Assembly: GCA_050613775.1 (NCBI GenBank)
Contig: JBODTK010000013.1
Location: 1,302,001 to 1,366,000, forward strand
Direction of reading: 5' to 3'
DNA length: 64,000 nt
Source of the DNA: Neocallimastix sp. 'constans'
Lineage: Eukaryota
Numbering within the stretch: position 1 is the stretch's first letter; the number at the start of each line of letters is the position of its first letter. A program made the translations under genes and the position numbers. The notes under the pieces were generated by a model. That model worked only from the letters and a program-made list of their open reading frames with translations, made no database searches and was not told the origin of the DNA. Of this stretch, positions 18,139 through 31,464 are shown in pieces.

Positions 18139-18752
18139 AAATATTTATTCAAAAGAAAAAAAATATACATATATATGTTAATCTTTGTTTATATACGTAT
18201 TTTTTTTTTTTTGAATAAATATTTTAATTGTTAATGTTGTTGTAATTATTTATATTTTTTTAAAATAAAAATAATAAAATTTAACTTATATTAACATTTG
18301 TTAATAATTATTTCTAATTTTTAATATCTATAAATTATTAAAAATATTAGTGTATGAAATAATTATTACTAGAGGATTTCCAAAATATATTTTTTATATC
18401 AGGTATTAATAATAAACCATTTTGAACTTTATTTATATATATAATAAAAAAGAAGGTTTCATAGTTTAAATTGATATTTAAATTAAAATATTTTATTAAA
18501 AAATTTATAGTTTAAAAATTTTAATTTCTTAAAATGTTACACAAAATAATTTAAAAAAATTTAATTAAAAACTTGGAAAAATAAATAAGTAAATAATAGA
18601 AAATAAATAAATAAATAGTATTAAAATATTAAATAAAAATTAAAAAATAGTAAAAAGTTTTGTATTTATTAAAATATTAAAATAGTTGTATATATATTAG
18701 TAATAATTATTAAAATAAAAGTTTGAATTTATAATAACAAAAAATTTATATT

Positions 18753-19005
<253 letters not shown>

Positions 19006-19091
19006 TTTATTTATTATAAAATAAAAAAAAAAAAAATAATTAAATATTTTAAAATATAAAAAATTTCTAACATAGATAAAATATAAGAAAA

Positions 19092-19310
19092 TAAAATATA
19101 CTATTTTAAAATAATAATTTTACTCATAATAAAAATATAAAATACTAAAATATACTATTTTAAAATAATAATTTTACTCATAATAAAAATATAAAATACT
19201 AAAATATACTATTTTAAAATAATAATTTTACTCATAATAAAAATATAAAATACTAAAATATACTATTTTAAAATAATAATTTTACTCATAATAAAAATAT
19301 AAAATACTAA
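19092..19310. repeat. 54-bp tandem minisatellite (about 4 copies), followed by a degenerate AT-rich array to about 19680
   Basis: CTATTTTAAAATAATAATTTTACTCATAAT recurs at 19101, 19155, 19209 and 19263. Confidence 0.9.
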
Positions 19311-20536
19311 TAAAAAAATATAAAATATTAATAATAAATATATATTAATAATAAAAATATAAAATATTTATAATAAAAATATATAATACTGATAATAAAA
19401 ATATAAAATATTAATAATAAAAATATTTAATACTGATAATAAAAATATAAAATACTAATAATAAAAATATAAAATATTAATAATAAAAATATATTAATAA
19501 TAAAAATAAAATATATAATACTAATAATAAAAATATAAAATATTTTATAATAAAAATATAAAATATTTATAATAAAAATATATAATACTGATAATAAAAA
19601 TATAAAATATTAATTATAAAAATATATAATACAAAATAAAAATACTAATAATAAAAATTAAAATACTAATAATAAAAAAGGGATCAGTTATTGTTTTTTT
19701 TAAAATATTATTAATTCATCTTTTTTAGTAAATATTGAATTAAATGATGTATAAATATAATCATTTTTAATGAGTATTAAACAAAATATTATTATTACAA
19801 ATTACTTTTTTGTATAGTTTATCAATAGTTATTACATGATTAAATTAGATATTTATAATTTTTTAATATTTGAAATAAATTTTAATTTTTTTCAATTAAT
19901 TGAATAGAATATATGAATATTATAATTATCATTATATTGCTTTTATTATTTTGAAAGTATTTTAATTTATTAAACATTTAAGCAAATAAAATTTATGATA
20001 TTATATATATATGTAATCATTATATGAAATAATAATAATAAACAAGTTAATTTAATATAGATATCAAAAAAGTTTCTAAAAAAATAATAGAGGATAGTCA
20101 TTATAATAAATATACATATTTTTTAAATATTTATATTTTGAATATTAATTAATTATAATAACTAACTAATTAACTATTAAAATAAATAGCTTAATAACTA
20201 AATAAAAAGACAATTAATATAATTGTATAACTAATTAACTAACTAAATATATAAATAACTAGATAATTAATTAATTTACTAAATATATATAAATAACTAG
20301 ATAATTAATTAACTAAATAAATAAATAATTAGATAGCTAAATAGTCAAAATTATGTTAAAATAAGAAATAACTGACAATATAATGTATATATTTTATTTT
20401 ATTTTATATTTTTTTTTTTCATTTTATAAATTAATCATCGTTTTTGAAGGTAAGATTCATCTCAACTTAAACAAATTATTTATAATCTTTAATTTCATTA
20501 CAAATATATTTATTTATTAATTTATAATTTAATATT

Positions 20537-20569
<33 letters not shown>

Positions 20570-22042
20570 AAAAGCTTCATTTATTAATACAGTAAAGGAA
20601 AGAAATTTAATATAATATTAATTTTAAATAATAAAAATATATTAAAGGATTAGATATAAAAATTTTGAAAAGATATTAAATATTGTATATTCTTTATCTT
20701 TTTTTTTTTTTATTTATTTATTTATTAATATTAAGTATAAATCTTTTTTATTTATTTTACCTAATAAAATAATTTAAAAAAAAATTCATTTACTTAATAA
20801 ATATATATCATCTATAATAATTAATTTAATATTGATTATAATTTTTATATTTTTATATATCATTTAGTGTCTAAAATTTATTGACTAAAAAAAAATAGAA
20901 TTTAAAGTTGAAAGAAAATTTTGGGAGAAGTAAGAAAAATTATTTTTAAACTTTTATTTTTCTTTCCAAAAAAAAATATATATATATTTATTTATAAAGA
21001 AATCTTATATGGTGTACAAAATAATTTTATTTTATATTTATTTATTTAATAAAACGTTAAAAAAACCATAATATTAATTAACTTTATAATAAGAAATGTA
21101 AAATAAACTATTTTTATTTTATAAATATTTTTTTTTAATTGGATCTAGTTAATAACAAACAAATAACTAAATTAAAAAATATTTTTACTTTTGGATCATT
21201 TATATAAATAATATAATTATTTTTTTTGTTTATATATATTTTAATTTTTATATTATGTAATGTATGATGCATTATGGATGTATGTGATAAAAGCAAATTG
21301 ATACTATTGATTCCCAAAAAAAACTTTAAATTGATAATTTTTTTTTTTTTTAATATATATGAAATGAAAATAGGTTTAATAAATAATAAAAATAATTATT
21401 TATCAAATTCATTAACTGTAAAATTAAAACAAATATAAAGAATATAGTTTGTGACATGATATGATATTAAAAAAAATAAAAAATATTCATGCGATTAAAT
21501 TATTATATTTAAAAAGAAGTATTATGTTTTATATAAAAAAAAAATTTTTTTTTATCATCCTTAATTATAATTTTAACTTTTGTTTTTTATATTCAAATAT
21601 TATTATTTAATTTATATAAAAAGTATTAATATAATAATTATGTATAAATATAATTTAATTAAAACTATTTTTTAAATAATGTTGTTATTTTTAAATATTA
21701 ATAAATATAATTATTAATTTTAAGATAATAATTATTTCTTTTCAATATATATTAATCATTTTACATATACTTATAATTTTTGATTTTTTTTTTTTTTTTC
21801 TCAAAATATTTTAAAAATTATTTTATATAAAAAAAATATTATTTCTCTTTTTTTTCCTTTTTCTACAATTTATTGTAAATTTTTTATATTATATATAATA
21901 TAATAGTTTATAATAAATCATAATTAATAATTACTTATTAATTATAAACAAAAAAAAAAAAAAAAGAACTTATTACTATCTTTTAAATAATAAAAAAATA
22001 ATAAAATATTATAATAATAGTTCATTAAAAAAAAAAAAAAAG

Positions 22043-25000
22043 ATGGATATTTCATTCTATAATAACGATAATAAATATTATAATAGACAAAATGACTACA
22101 GTAATAACCAATATAATATTTATAGTCAATATTCTGATAATTTAAAAATCTCATCTTATGATGATTCATATTATAATAATGATGCTAAAAAAGAAAGAAG
22201 AATAAGTTTAACAAATGTACTTTCTTATGTCATAAAGAATAATAATAAGAGTAAAGAAAGTGTTAGTATTATAGAAACATATTTTTTTCTAAAAAAATTT
22301 TTTTAAATAATGATAAAAAAAAAAATTAATAATATTCATTTAAAATAATTTTATTTAATATATAATTTATTTTAAAAAAAAATAAAAAATACAAAAAAAA
22401 AAAAAAAGTTCGATAAATATGACAAGTATGACAAGTACAATAGTTATTATAAAAAAGGTAATAAATATATTGTAAAAGGATTTACCAAAAAGGATAAATT
22501 ATTTCTTTCTGGATTAAGCTTAGTATCTCTAGGGTTAAATATTACTACATTATATCAATCTTATGATGGAATGGATAATATTAAAAAAGATCTTTATTTA
22601 AATAATCAACCATATTTTATTAAAAAACTATTATCATATAGGTAGATATTATATATATCTATTATGAAAATGAAGTTATAATGAAATTATAATATTTTAA
22701 TATTATATACTTTAATTTTTATTAATATTTTAATATAATTTATATATTATATTATCCTGTATATATTTATTTAATTTATATATATATAATTTAAAAAAAA
22801 AAATTTTTTTCCAAAAGTTTAAAAGATAATAATAAAGAATTTATTGACATTACAAATCCAATAACAATACCTTTACTACAAGTTTTACAACTTGTAGTAA
22901 ATAATGCTTTAGTCATTGTATGTGTTAAATATTATATAATTATTTGTTTGTTATAATATAAATTATTATAAAGTAAATCTAATATTTTATATAAAATTTA
23001 TTTTTAGTTAACTTATCTATCAATTAAAAATTTTGGTAATTCAGAGTTTTCTTCCTTAATTGGTGGATCATTAGTATTATTTAGTAAATATTTAATATAT
23101 ATTTATATATTTAAATATCAATATACTTAAAATAAGTAATAAAGGAATAATTTTTATTTTTGTAATTATTATTATTAATACTATAATTTATATTAAAATT
23201 GAATTATTTAGATAGTCTTTTTAATATGAATTCTATGTAAGTGTTTGATTTTGATGACCTCTATAAAAGAAATTTAGAAATAATAAAAAATATATTTGAT
23301 TTTGATGACCTCTATAAAAGAAATTTAGAAATAATAAAAAATATATTTGATTTTGATGACCTCTATAAAAGAAATTTAGAAATAATAAAAAATATATTTG
23401 ATTTTTAATTAAAATTATATATATATATATATATATATTTATATAGATTAAATGCAACTTATTCACCATACACTTTAATTTTGTTTATTGGAGTTTATTT
23501 CTGGTCAAAATTGTAAACTTATTTTCCATATTATTATTAAATAATAGTTTTATGAATATGAAATGAAGTTTAATAAATTAATGAATATTATAATTGAATA
23601 ATTAAATATAAAAATTTATTTAATAAAGAACTTATGATCCAGAAGAATATCTCTATGTATTAGGCTCAGGTATTTATTAATGATAAATAATAATAATAAA
23701 TAATAATAATAATAATAATAAAAATAATGATGATATAGAAAAGAAACAAATATAATGAATTCTAATCTTACATATTTAATAATTTTTTTAATTTTTTATG
23801 ATTCTAAAATATTTCAATTTCATTATATAGCAATATGGTATGTTATTAATATTATTGAATTGAATTATTATTAGATAGTTAAAAATTTAATATTAATAAT
23901 AAAATTTTTATTATTTTTATTATTATTATTTATTATTTTTTTTCATAAATATTAAATATTTATAGTTCTGGTTTATCATTATGGTAATTAATATTATAAT
24001 TAATATTATAATTGATATTATAATTAATATTATAATTGATATTATAATTGATATTATAATTGATATTATAATTAATATTATTTGATATATAATTAAATTT
24101 ATTAATTTGAAAAAAATATTCACTAAAAATATTATATATATATATATATTATATTATATAATTTTTATATACTTTTTAGTTTGAGTTGGAATGGTATTTT
24201 AACTTATTTAACTGGTATTATTATTTCTATTAAGAATGGTCTTGACATTAAAGGAAATAATAAATTATCAAATGTACGAAAACTTTTTTTTATATGAAAC
24301 AATTATTTATATATATTTATATAATTTTTCATATCTATTCATATAAACAAAATGTTTATTTTTTTATTATTATTTTTATTTTTATTTTATTTGTATTTTT
24401 TATTATTTTTTTTTGTTTAAAATATAATTATATATTTACAGAGTGAAATTTCTCGAAAAATGGCTGGATCATTTATTACTGCTCTTGGTTTACCTTTAGT
24501 TATTTCATTATGTATTTCTTCTGCTATTCCAAGTGATCGTAATGATAATCATGAATATATATTTTTAAAGGATCAAACTAATATTGAGGCAGCTTATAAT
24601 GCTGAAGCTCTTATTAAAAATGTTGCCTATGATGGCTATTTAAGTTATAACAGTGTCCTTGATATTAATTATAATAATACTGAAATTTACAATAGTCTTT
24701 CAATTAAACCAAATTCACTTTGGACTATTGTTAGATCTGATTCTAAGTCTAATTCTGAAAAATTGAAACATATGTCATACATTCGTTTAAGAAACAATGA
24801 AAATAAGAAATTTATTAGAATTAATTCAAAGTAATATATAGAGTTAATTTTTATTTATTTTGCTAAATGAATAATAAAATAATACTAATAATGATACTAA
24901 TACTAATAATAATATAAATTAACATTATAATTATATTTTTTTCTTATATATATTTTATTTAACTATAAAAAACGAAAAACAATAAAAAAAATAAATTTAT

Positions 25001-26035
25001 ATATTATAACAGTAAAGACGATAAACTTAAAAGAATTAGAAATGCTTCTTATAATGTATCTACTGGTGGTTACTTAAAAATTTTAGATTCAAAGGAATAC
25101 TGGAAAGTTGAAATTATTGGTATTTTCAAATCTAATGGTATAAAAATTGGTAAAACCAAGTTTAGATTACATAATATCAAAGCCAATTGTTATTTAACCA
25201 GTGAACCTCATTCAGTATTTATTTATGAAGGTATTACTGAACCAAGAGTTATTTGTAAGAAAGGTCAAAGTGAAGGATCAGTTTGGGTATTTGATTATGC
25301 CTATTTAAATGAAGGTAAATTTATAATTTTAAATAAAATATTTATTTATAAATAATAATTAAATCAATAATTATATAATATTTTGCAATCCATCATAATT
25401 TATTAATAAAATAATTTTTTTTTTTATTTTTTTAATATTAAATACTGTTATGTAAATTATTTTTCTATATATATATATATAATTTATAAAATAAATTAGA
25501 AAATAGTAAACTTAAGAAAGAACCATTTGCTTTAAAACCAAAAGGATTTATTTCAAACTTTATGTATAAATGGAAAATGAGTACTGGGGAATTTGGTAGT
25601 TATGAACAAGATATTAGACCATTCTTCTGGCCAACTTTAAATAAATGTAAATAAGAAATAAATATTATATAAATATATAATATATAATTTAAATAATATA
25701 TAATTTAAATAATAACATATATTATTTTTATATTAATGCATTATAAACTTTTTTATTTTATTTTATTTTATATTTTTGTTATTATTGTTGTTACTATTGT
25801 ATATATTATTAATGCTTTTTTTTCTTATTATTATAATATTTTATAAAGTAACAATAATGCTTTCTAATAAAGTTGAAAAACCACATCTTAAATTAAACAC
25901 ATGTAGTTGGAATATTGCATTTGCTGGTATTGCGGCTTTCCCAATTATTCTTTTCAAGAAAATTCTTCGTGATAAGAATACCGCTAGTTTTGATATTGAT
26001 ACAATTGGTAAACTTTTTTTATAATAATAATTATA

Positions 26036-26092
<57 letters not shown>

Positions 26093-26493
26093 TATAAATT
26101 AAAACTAGATTTTAATAAAATTTTTAAAAATAAAAATTTTTATATAAATTATAAATATATATAATATACATAAATTATTAAAAAAAAAAAAAAAAAATAA
26201 AACAAAAACAAAAACAAAAAATATATATAATAGAAAAATACACTTCAAAGAACGTTTATAATACTGGTGCTATTGTATCTTTTATTGGTTGGTTTAGTCA
26301 TTATTTACCATATCTTTTATTGAGAAGAATGGCATTAATTCAAAATTATGCTCCAGCTCTTTATTTCAGTATTCTTTTAGCAACTTCATGTATTGAAATT
26401 TATTTATCTGAAACCCCATCACATACAAAAAAAATAGGTGTTACTGCAACCATTGTTGGTTTATGTGCTTTATTCAATTTAATTAATATATAA
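22043..26493 (+). CDS. Divergent protein O-mannosyltransferase (PMT/GT39)-like membrane protein with MIR domain, spliced
   Basis: Hydrophobic TM exons. MIR-like segments KNVAYDG, NSLWTIV...HMSYIRLRN, WKVEIIG...KTKFRLHNIKANCYLTS and SVWVFD. RPFFWPTL. C-terminal FIGWFSHYLPYLLLRRMALIQNYAPALYFSIL resembles the PMT GW..HYLPF...R....HHY.PALYF motif. Stop at 26491-26493. Confidence 0.78.
23244..23403. repeat. 51-bp tandem repeat x3 within a PMT-like gene intron
   Basis: TTTGATTTTGATGACCTCTATAAAAGAAATTTAG... at 23244, 23295 and 23346. Confidence 0.92.
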
Positions 26494-27689
26494 ATATAAA
26501 TAGCTAATTAAAAGTAGATGAAGTTATAAAATAAATTTAAAATAAATAAATAATAATAATAATAAAAAAAAAAGGAATATGAAAAGAAAAAATTAAAACA
26601 AATATAATTCAATTTTATGATATATATATAAAACAAAAATAAAAATAAAATAATACAAATAAAATAATAATAATATTATTAAAATGATATAAAAGTCCAA
26701 AAAAAAAGAGTACAAATATATATACAAAACAAAAACAAAAACAAAAACAAAAAACAAAAGATAAAACCATAAAATATAAATAAATATCAAGTATCAAAAA
26801 AAAAAAAAAAAAAAAAAAAAAATCAACAATATTATATTTTTTTTAAAAAAAAAAAAATTATCAAATTGTTGATAGTATTTCTGTTCATTTAATATATATG
26901 AATTATTTATACTTTAAAAAAAAAAAAAAAAAAAAAAAAAGAAAGAAAAAAGGAGAAGGAGATACATAGCTATCTTTATTAACTTCTTTTACTTTTTTTT
27001 TTCTTTGTATTTTTTTTCTCTACAAACTTTTACTAGATTATTTATTTATTTATTTATTTATTTATATATTTATATATTTGTTATTATATTTTTATTATTT
27101 TTTTTTTTTAATAAAAATAATATATATATTCTATATATAGTAAATAGTTTAAATGAGAAAAAAAAAATAAAACTAGTAAATATAATGTAGTAGATATGTA
27201 TATTATGTATTTTGTTGTACTAATAGAAATAAAAAAAAAAAAAAAAGAAAATTAATGAATATTTATTTATTTATTTATTTATTATTATTATTTATTGTTA
27301 ATAATTTAAAAAAAAAAAGTAATATATAAATAATTCTTTTTATATAACAATAAAAAAAAAAAAAAAAAAAGAATAAAAATTATTTAAATGAAAAAATTTT
27401 ATAAATTTTTAAGAAAATATAATCGTCAATTTAATAAAAAAAAAAAAAAAAAAAAAAAATAAATAAATAAATAAATATATTTATATATATAATAAATTTA
27501 TATTTTTATGAAAATTTATTTAGTTATTAATTATTACTAATATTATTAAGGAAAATAATTTTATTTTATTTTATTTAAATTAGAAATTAAACACATATAT
27601 ATTTATTTTTCTTTTCATTTTTATATATCAAATATATGTATTTATTTTTCTTTTCAATTGCATATTGAATATATTTAATTAAATTATGA

Positions 27690-28320
27690 AATATTATTTC
27701 ATATACTGCATTTATACCAAGAAGGATTAATATTATCAAAATCTTAATATTAGTGAAAGTGAAAATAGGAATATTAATATTACTAATGATGAAAATATAG
27801 TATCGTTACCAATAATGTAGAGAATAGATCAATTGGTGAAAATATTGTTAATAGTTAATAATTTTCTGAATAATAAGTGTATATTATATAAATATATATG
27901 TGACGTGATATTGATTATATAATTTCCTTCTTGGTGGAAGAGATATAAATAGTATTGATTTAAATTATAAAAAAAGGAATGGGATATTTTGTTTAATAAC
28001 CGAGTTATTCCTGATGATTATTTAAAAAACGGCATTTTTGGTGCGATCACTCCCACAAACAATCAGAGATAAAAAAAAAAAAAATAAAAATAATAATAAA
28101 AATTTCATCAACAACGGGGTAAAGAAGGCACTTTGTTAATAACATCTTTTAATCACCTTTGAGAGAGTCTTCTTTCCCAATTTCATACTTTGTGGGATTT
28201 AACAGAATTCCTTAATAACATTATGCCTATTATGACTAGTGATTTTTACACTATGGTAATTTTGTATACTATTAGAACTTTCGTTGTTAAGAGCGTCGAA
28301 ATTATGATCCAGACCTGAAT
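27690..28320. mobile_element. Degenerate, internally rearranged LINE 3' relic
   Basis: The + strand translates in pieces to LLGGRDI and ISYFVG.TEFLNNIMPIMTSDFYTMVILYTIRTFVVKSVE, matching the C-terminus of the 48.6-52.8 kb LINE (LLGGRSIY; VPYFVGIAEFLTNVIP...VTKSVDVE). Confidence 0.7.
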
Positions 28321-28446
28321 GTTAATTTTTGCCCATATTGAGTTATCATCGATGAATGGGAATTAATTTTTTAATATCAATGTAAAAAATTTCATATATA
28401 TATATATTTTAATAATTATTATTAAATAAAGTTTATTTCAAGTTTA

Positions 28447-28609
<163 letters not shown>

Positions 28610-29206
28610 TAATATAACAATGGTAGGTATTATTCTCCTTTTAATAATGGTATTTGGCATCAGTCAAATAATGTATCAAAATAAAGTATTAAAGGTACTA
28701 TAATTATTAATTTTTTTTCTTGAGTAAATTCAGTTTTTATTATTAAACTCCCGAAATTGTACCAGAATAAATAAAATAAAATAAAAATTAAAATTTATCA
28801 ATATTATTTTTTCCTAAATTTTATTATATATAATATACTGTATTGAAATAAAAAATTATTAAAATAAAATTATTTATTCAGCTATAGATATTATACATAT
28901 ATATATATTATATTTTATATTTTATATTTTATATTTTAATTTTTATTTTAATTTTTATTTTAATTTTTTTAAATTTTGATATGTAAAATATATAACATAA
29001 CATAAAGAAAAAAAAAAGGATTTTTTTTTTCTTTTATTGTTTGTTATGTAATAATAGTATTACTTAATAAAATTATTGTAATAATTATTGACGTTAATTT
29101 AAATAAATATATATTATTATATCCTTATATATTATATTGATTTAATAAAATAAAGTTTATATGATAATAATTATTATTATTAAAATTATTATTATTGTTG
29201 AAAAAA

Positions 29207-29792
29207 TTATTCTGAATTAACAATTGAATTTGCTATGGCATTTAATGGTTTTTCGAATTCAGCACCAATATTTAATAGATAACCTTTTATTTAATTTAAT
29301 ATTGATACATTTATAAATAATATTTAATAATTATTATTATTTATTATAATTTTAACTTTTTTTTTTTTTTTTTTTTTTTTCATATAAAATGAAATTTACC
29401 AGTATTTGCATTTTTATCAGCTATAAATGTAATAATTAAAGGATTGTAATTAAATTGTATTATTTGGTGATATTTATAAAATGTAGTGATACTTTTATTT
29501 TTAGATAGTCCAATTTTACCAATCTTTTATGATTTTATATAATTAAATAAATAATTAGATAATTTTAAGAAAACAATAATAATTAATTTGTAAATATAAA
29601 TTAATATTTACTTTTATTTTTTTTATTTACTTATTATTATTATTATTATTATTATTATTTATTTAGTTAAATGCTTACTTGATCGCAAGCGACAGCAAAA
29701 GAGGTTGATAGAGAAGAATCTATATTATTTAATGAAAATGCAGGATTGGTAGCTATTGCATTTTGTAAATTTTTTTAAAAATTAGATGTAAA

Positions 29793-29825
<33 letters not shown>

Positions 29826-29950
29826 AATCATTATTTTTTTAAAATAATGTTTTTCTTTAAAAGTATATTACTTCATTTAAAAATTATCATACATTGAATT
29901 AATACGACACCATCTTTATCACTAACAATTATTGCTTGTAAACCTTGTGT

Positions 29951-29984
<34 letters not shown>

Positions 29985-30137
29985 ATTTTATTATTTTTTA
30001 TTTGGTAATATTTAATAAAGATATTAAAAGAGTAATATAAATTGAATTAATTGGGATGGATTTAAAATTAAATATTTGTGTTAATAATCAACTTACTTTG
30101 AAATAATACTATCAAAGTCTTTTTGAATCTTCATCAT
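29207..30137 (-). CDS. LAMTOR3: Ragulator subunit LAMTOR3 (MP1) roadblock protein, 5 exons
   Basis: Spliced translation MMKIQKDFDSIISK-TQGLQAIIVSDKDGVVLIQ-STNPAFSLNNIDSSLSTSFAVACDQ-IGKIGLSKNKSITTFYKYHQIIQFNYNPLIITFIADKNANT-GYLLNIGAEFEKPLNAIANSIVNSE* matches the LAMTOR3 motifs GL.AI.VSD.DGV, K.GLSKNKSI and ANTG. Confidence 0.9.
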
Positions 30138-30845
30138 ATTTGAAAATGTAAATATTATAATTAAAAATATATATATATATATATTATATTAGTTATTTTT
30201 ATATAATTTTCATTTTTATATTATAACTTTATAACTTTACTATAACATATATATAAATAAATATAATTAAATAATTATTTAAATGAATAAATAAATAAAT
30301 AATAATAATAATAAAAACTAATCATTTTTATTTATTTTAATTGAAATTTCAATTTTATAATTTCTAATTTTATTTATTTTCAATTCATTTATAATACACA
30401 TATATATATTTATATAATATTATTATTCTTAATATTTATATTATTTTATTATACAGAAAAATAAAATAAAATCATTATGTAGTTAATAATAGTATATTAT
30501 TATTGGTTTTTCTTACTTCCATTGTTTCTAATTTTTTTTTCTCTTTAGTTTTATTTTATTTTTATTTTATTTTTATTATATTTTTGATATTATTAAATAA
30601 TCATAATTTTTTTTTTTTATGGTAAAATAATTAACTATAATTATTTTATTTTTAATTGTTTTTATTTATAAATTTTTTTAATTATCAAACTTAAAATAAT
30701 AAAAATATTTATATTATCATTTATTATACTTTAAATATACAAATTTATTTATTTTATTATTTATTTATTTATTTATTTATTTCTTTATTATTTTTTATAA
30801 TTTTTAATGTTATCAAGAAATTTCATCTTATAAATTTTTAATTGT

Positions 30846-30889
<44 letters not shown>

Positions 30890-31464
30890 GTTAAAAAGAA
30901 TAATCTGTAGATTATAAATAATTAAAAACTAATAAAAATACTATATAACTGTTATATTTAATAATATAATTGATTATATATATATAAAACGAAAAGCAAA
31001 AATATATACTAATTAAACCTACTAATCTAAATAATTAAATACAATAATAATTTTTTTTATCAATAGAAGTAAAAATAATAAAATTTACAATATGATATAA
31101 AATAAAATAACTCAAATTCAAATTCAAATTCAAATTCAAAAAAAAAAAAAAAAAAAAAAAAATAATCTAATTTTTCATTAATTACGAATATTTTTTTTGT
31201 TTTGTTTTGTTTTGTTTAAAATTTTACAATTATAATTAAAAATATTTAAAATTTTATTATTTTATTTTATCTTTTTTTTTTTTTTTTTTTTTTTTTTTTC
31301 TAACAAATCTGATATTTTGTAATAGAGTACTTAAATATTATAAATCATATATATATAAAAGAAGATAATATATGATAAAAAATAAAATAATAATATTATA
31401 AATATATATATATATTATATATACATTTTTTATTTTAATTAAATACATAAATAAAATATTATAA

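Noticed and set aside
23244..23403. 51-bp repeats (and the 35-bp and 54-bp arrays) as possible CRISPR arrays
   Set aside because: The units are head-to-tail with no unique spacers, in a eukaryotic context with no cas genes.
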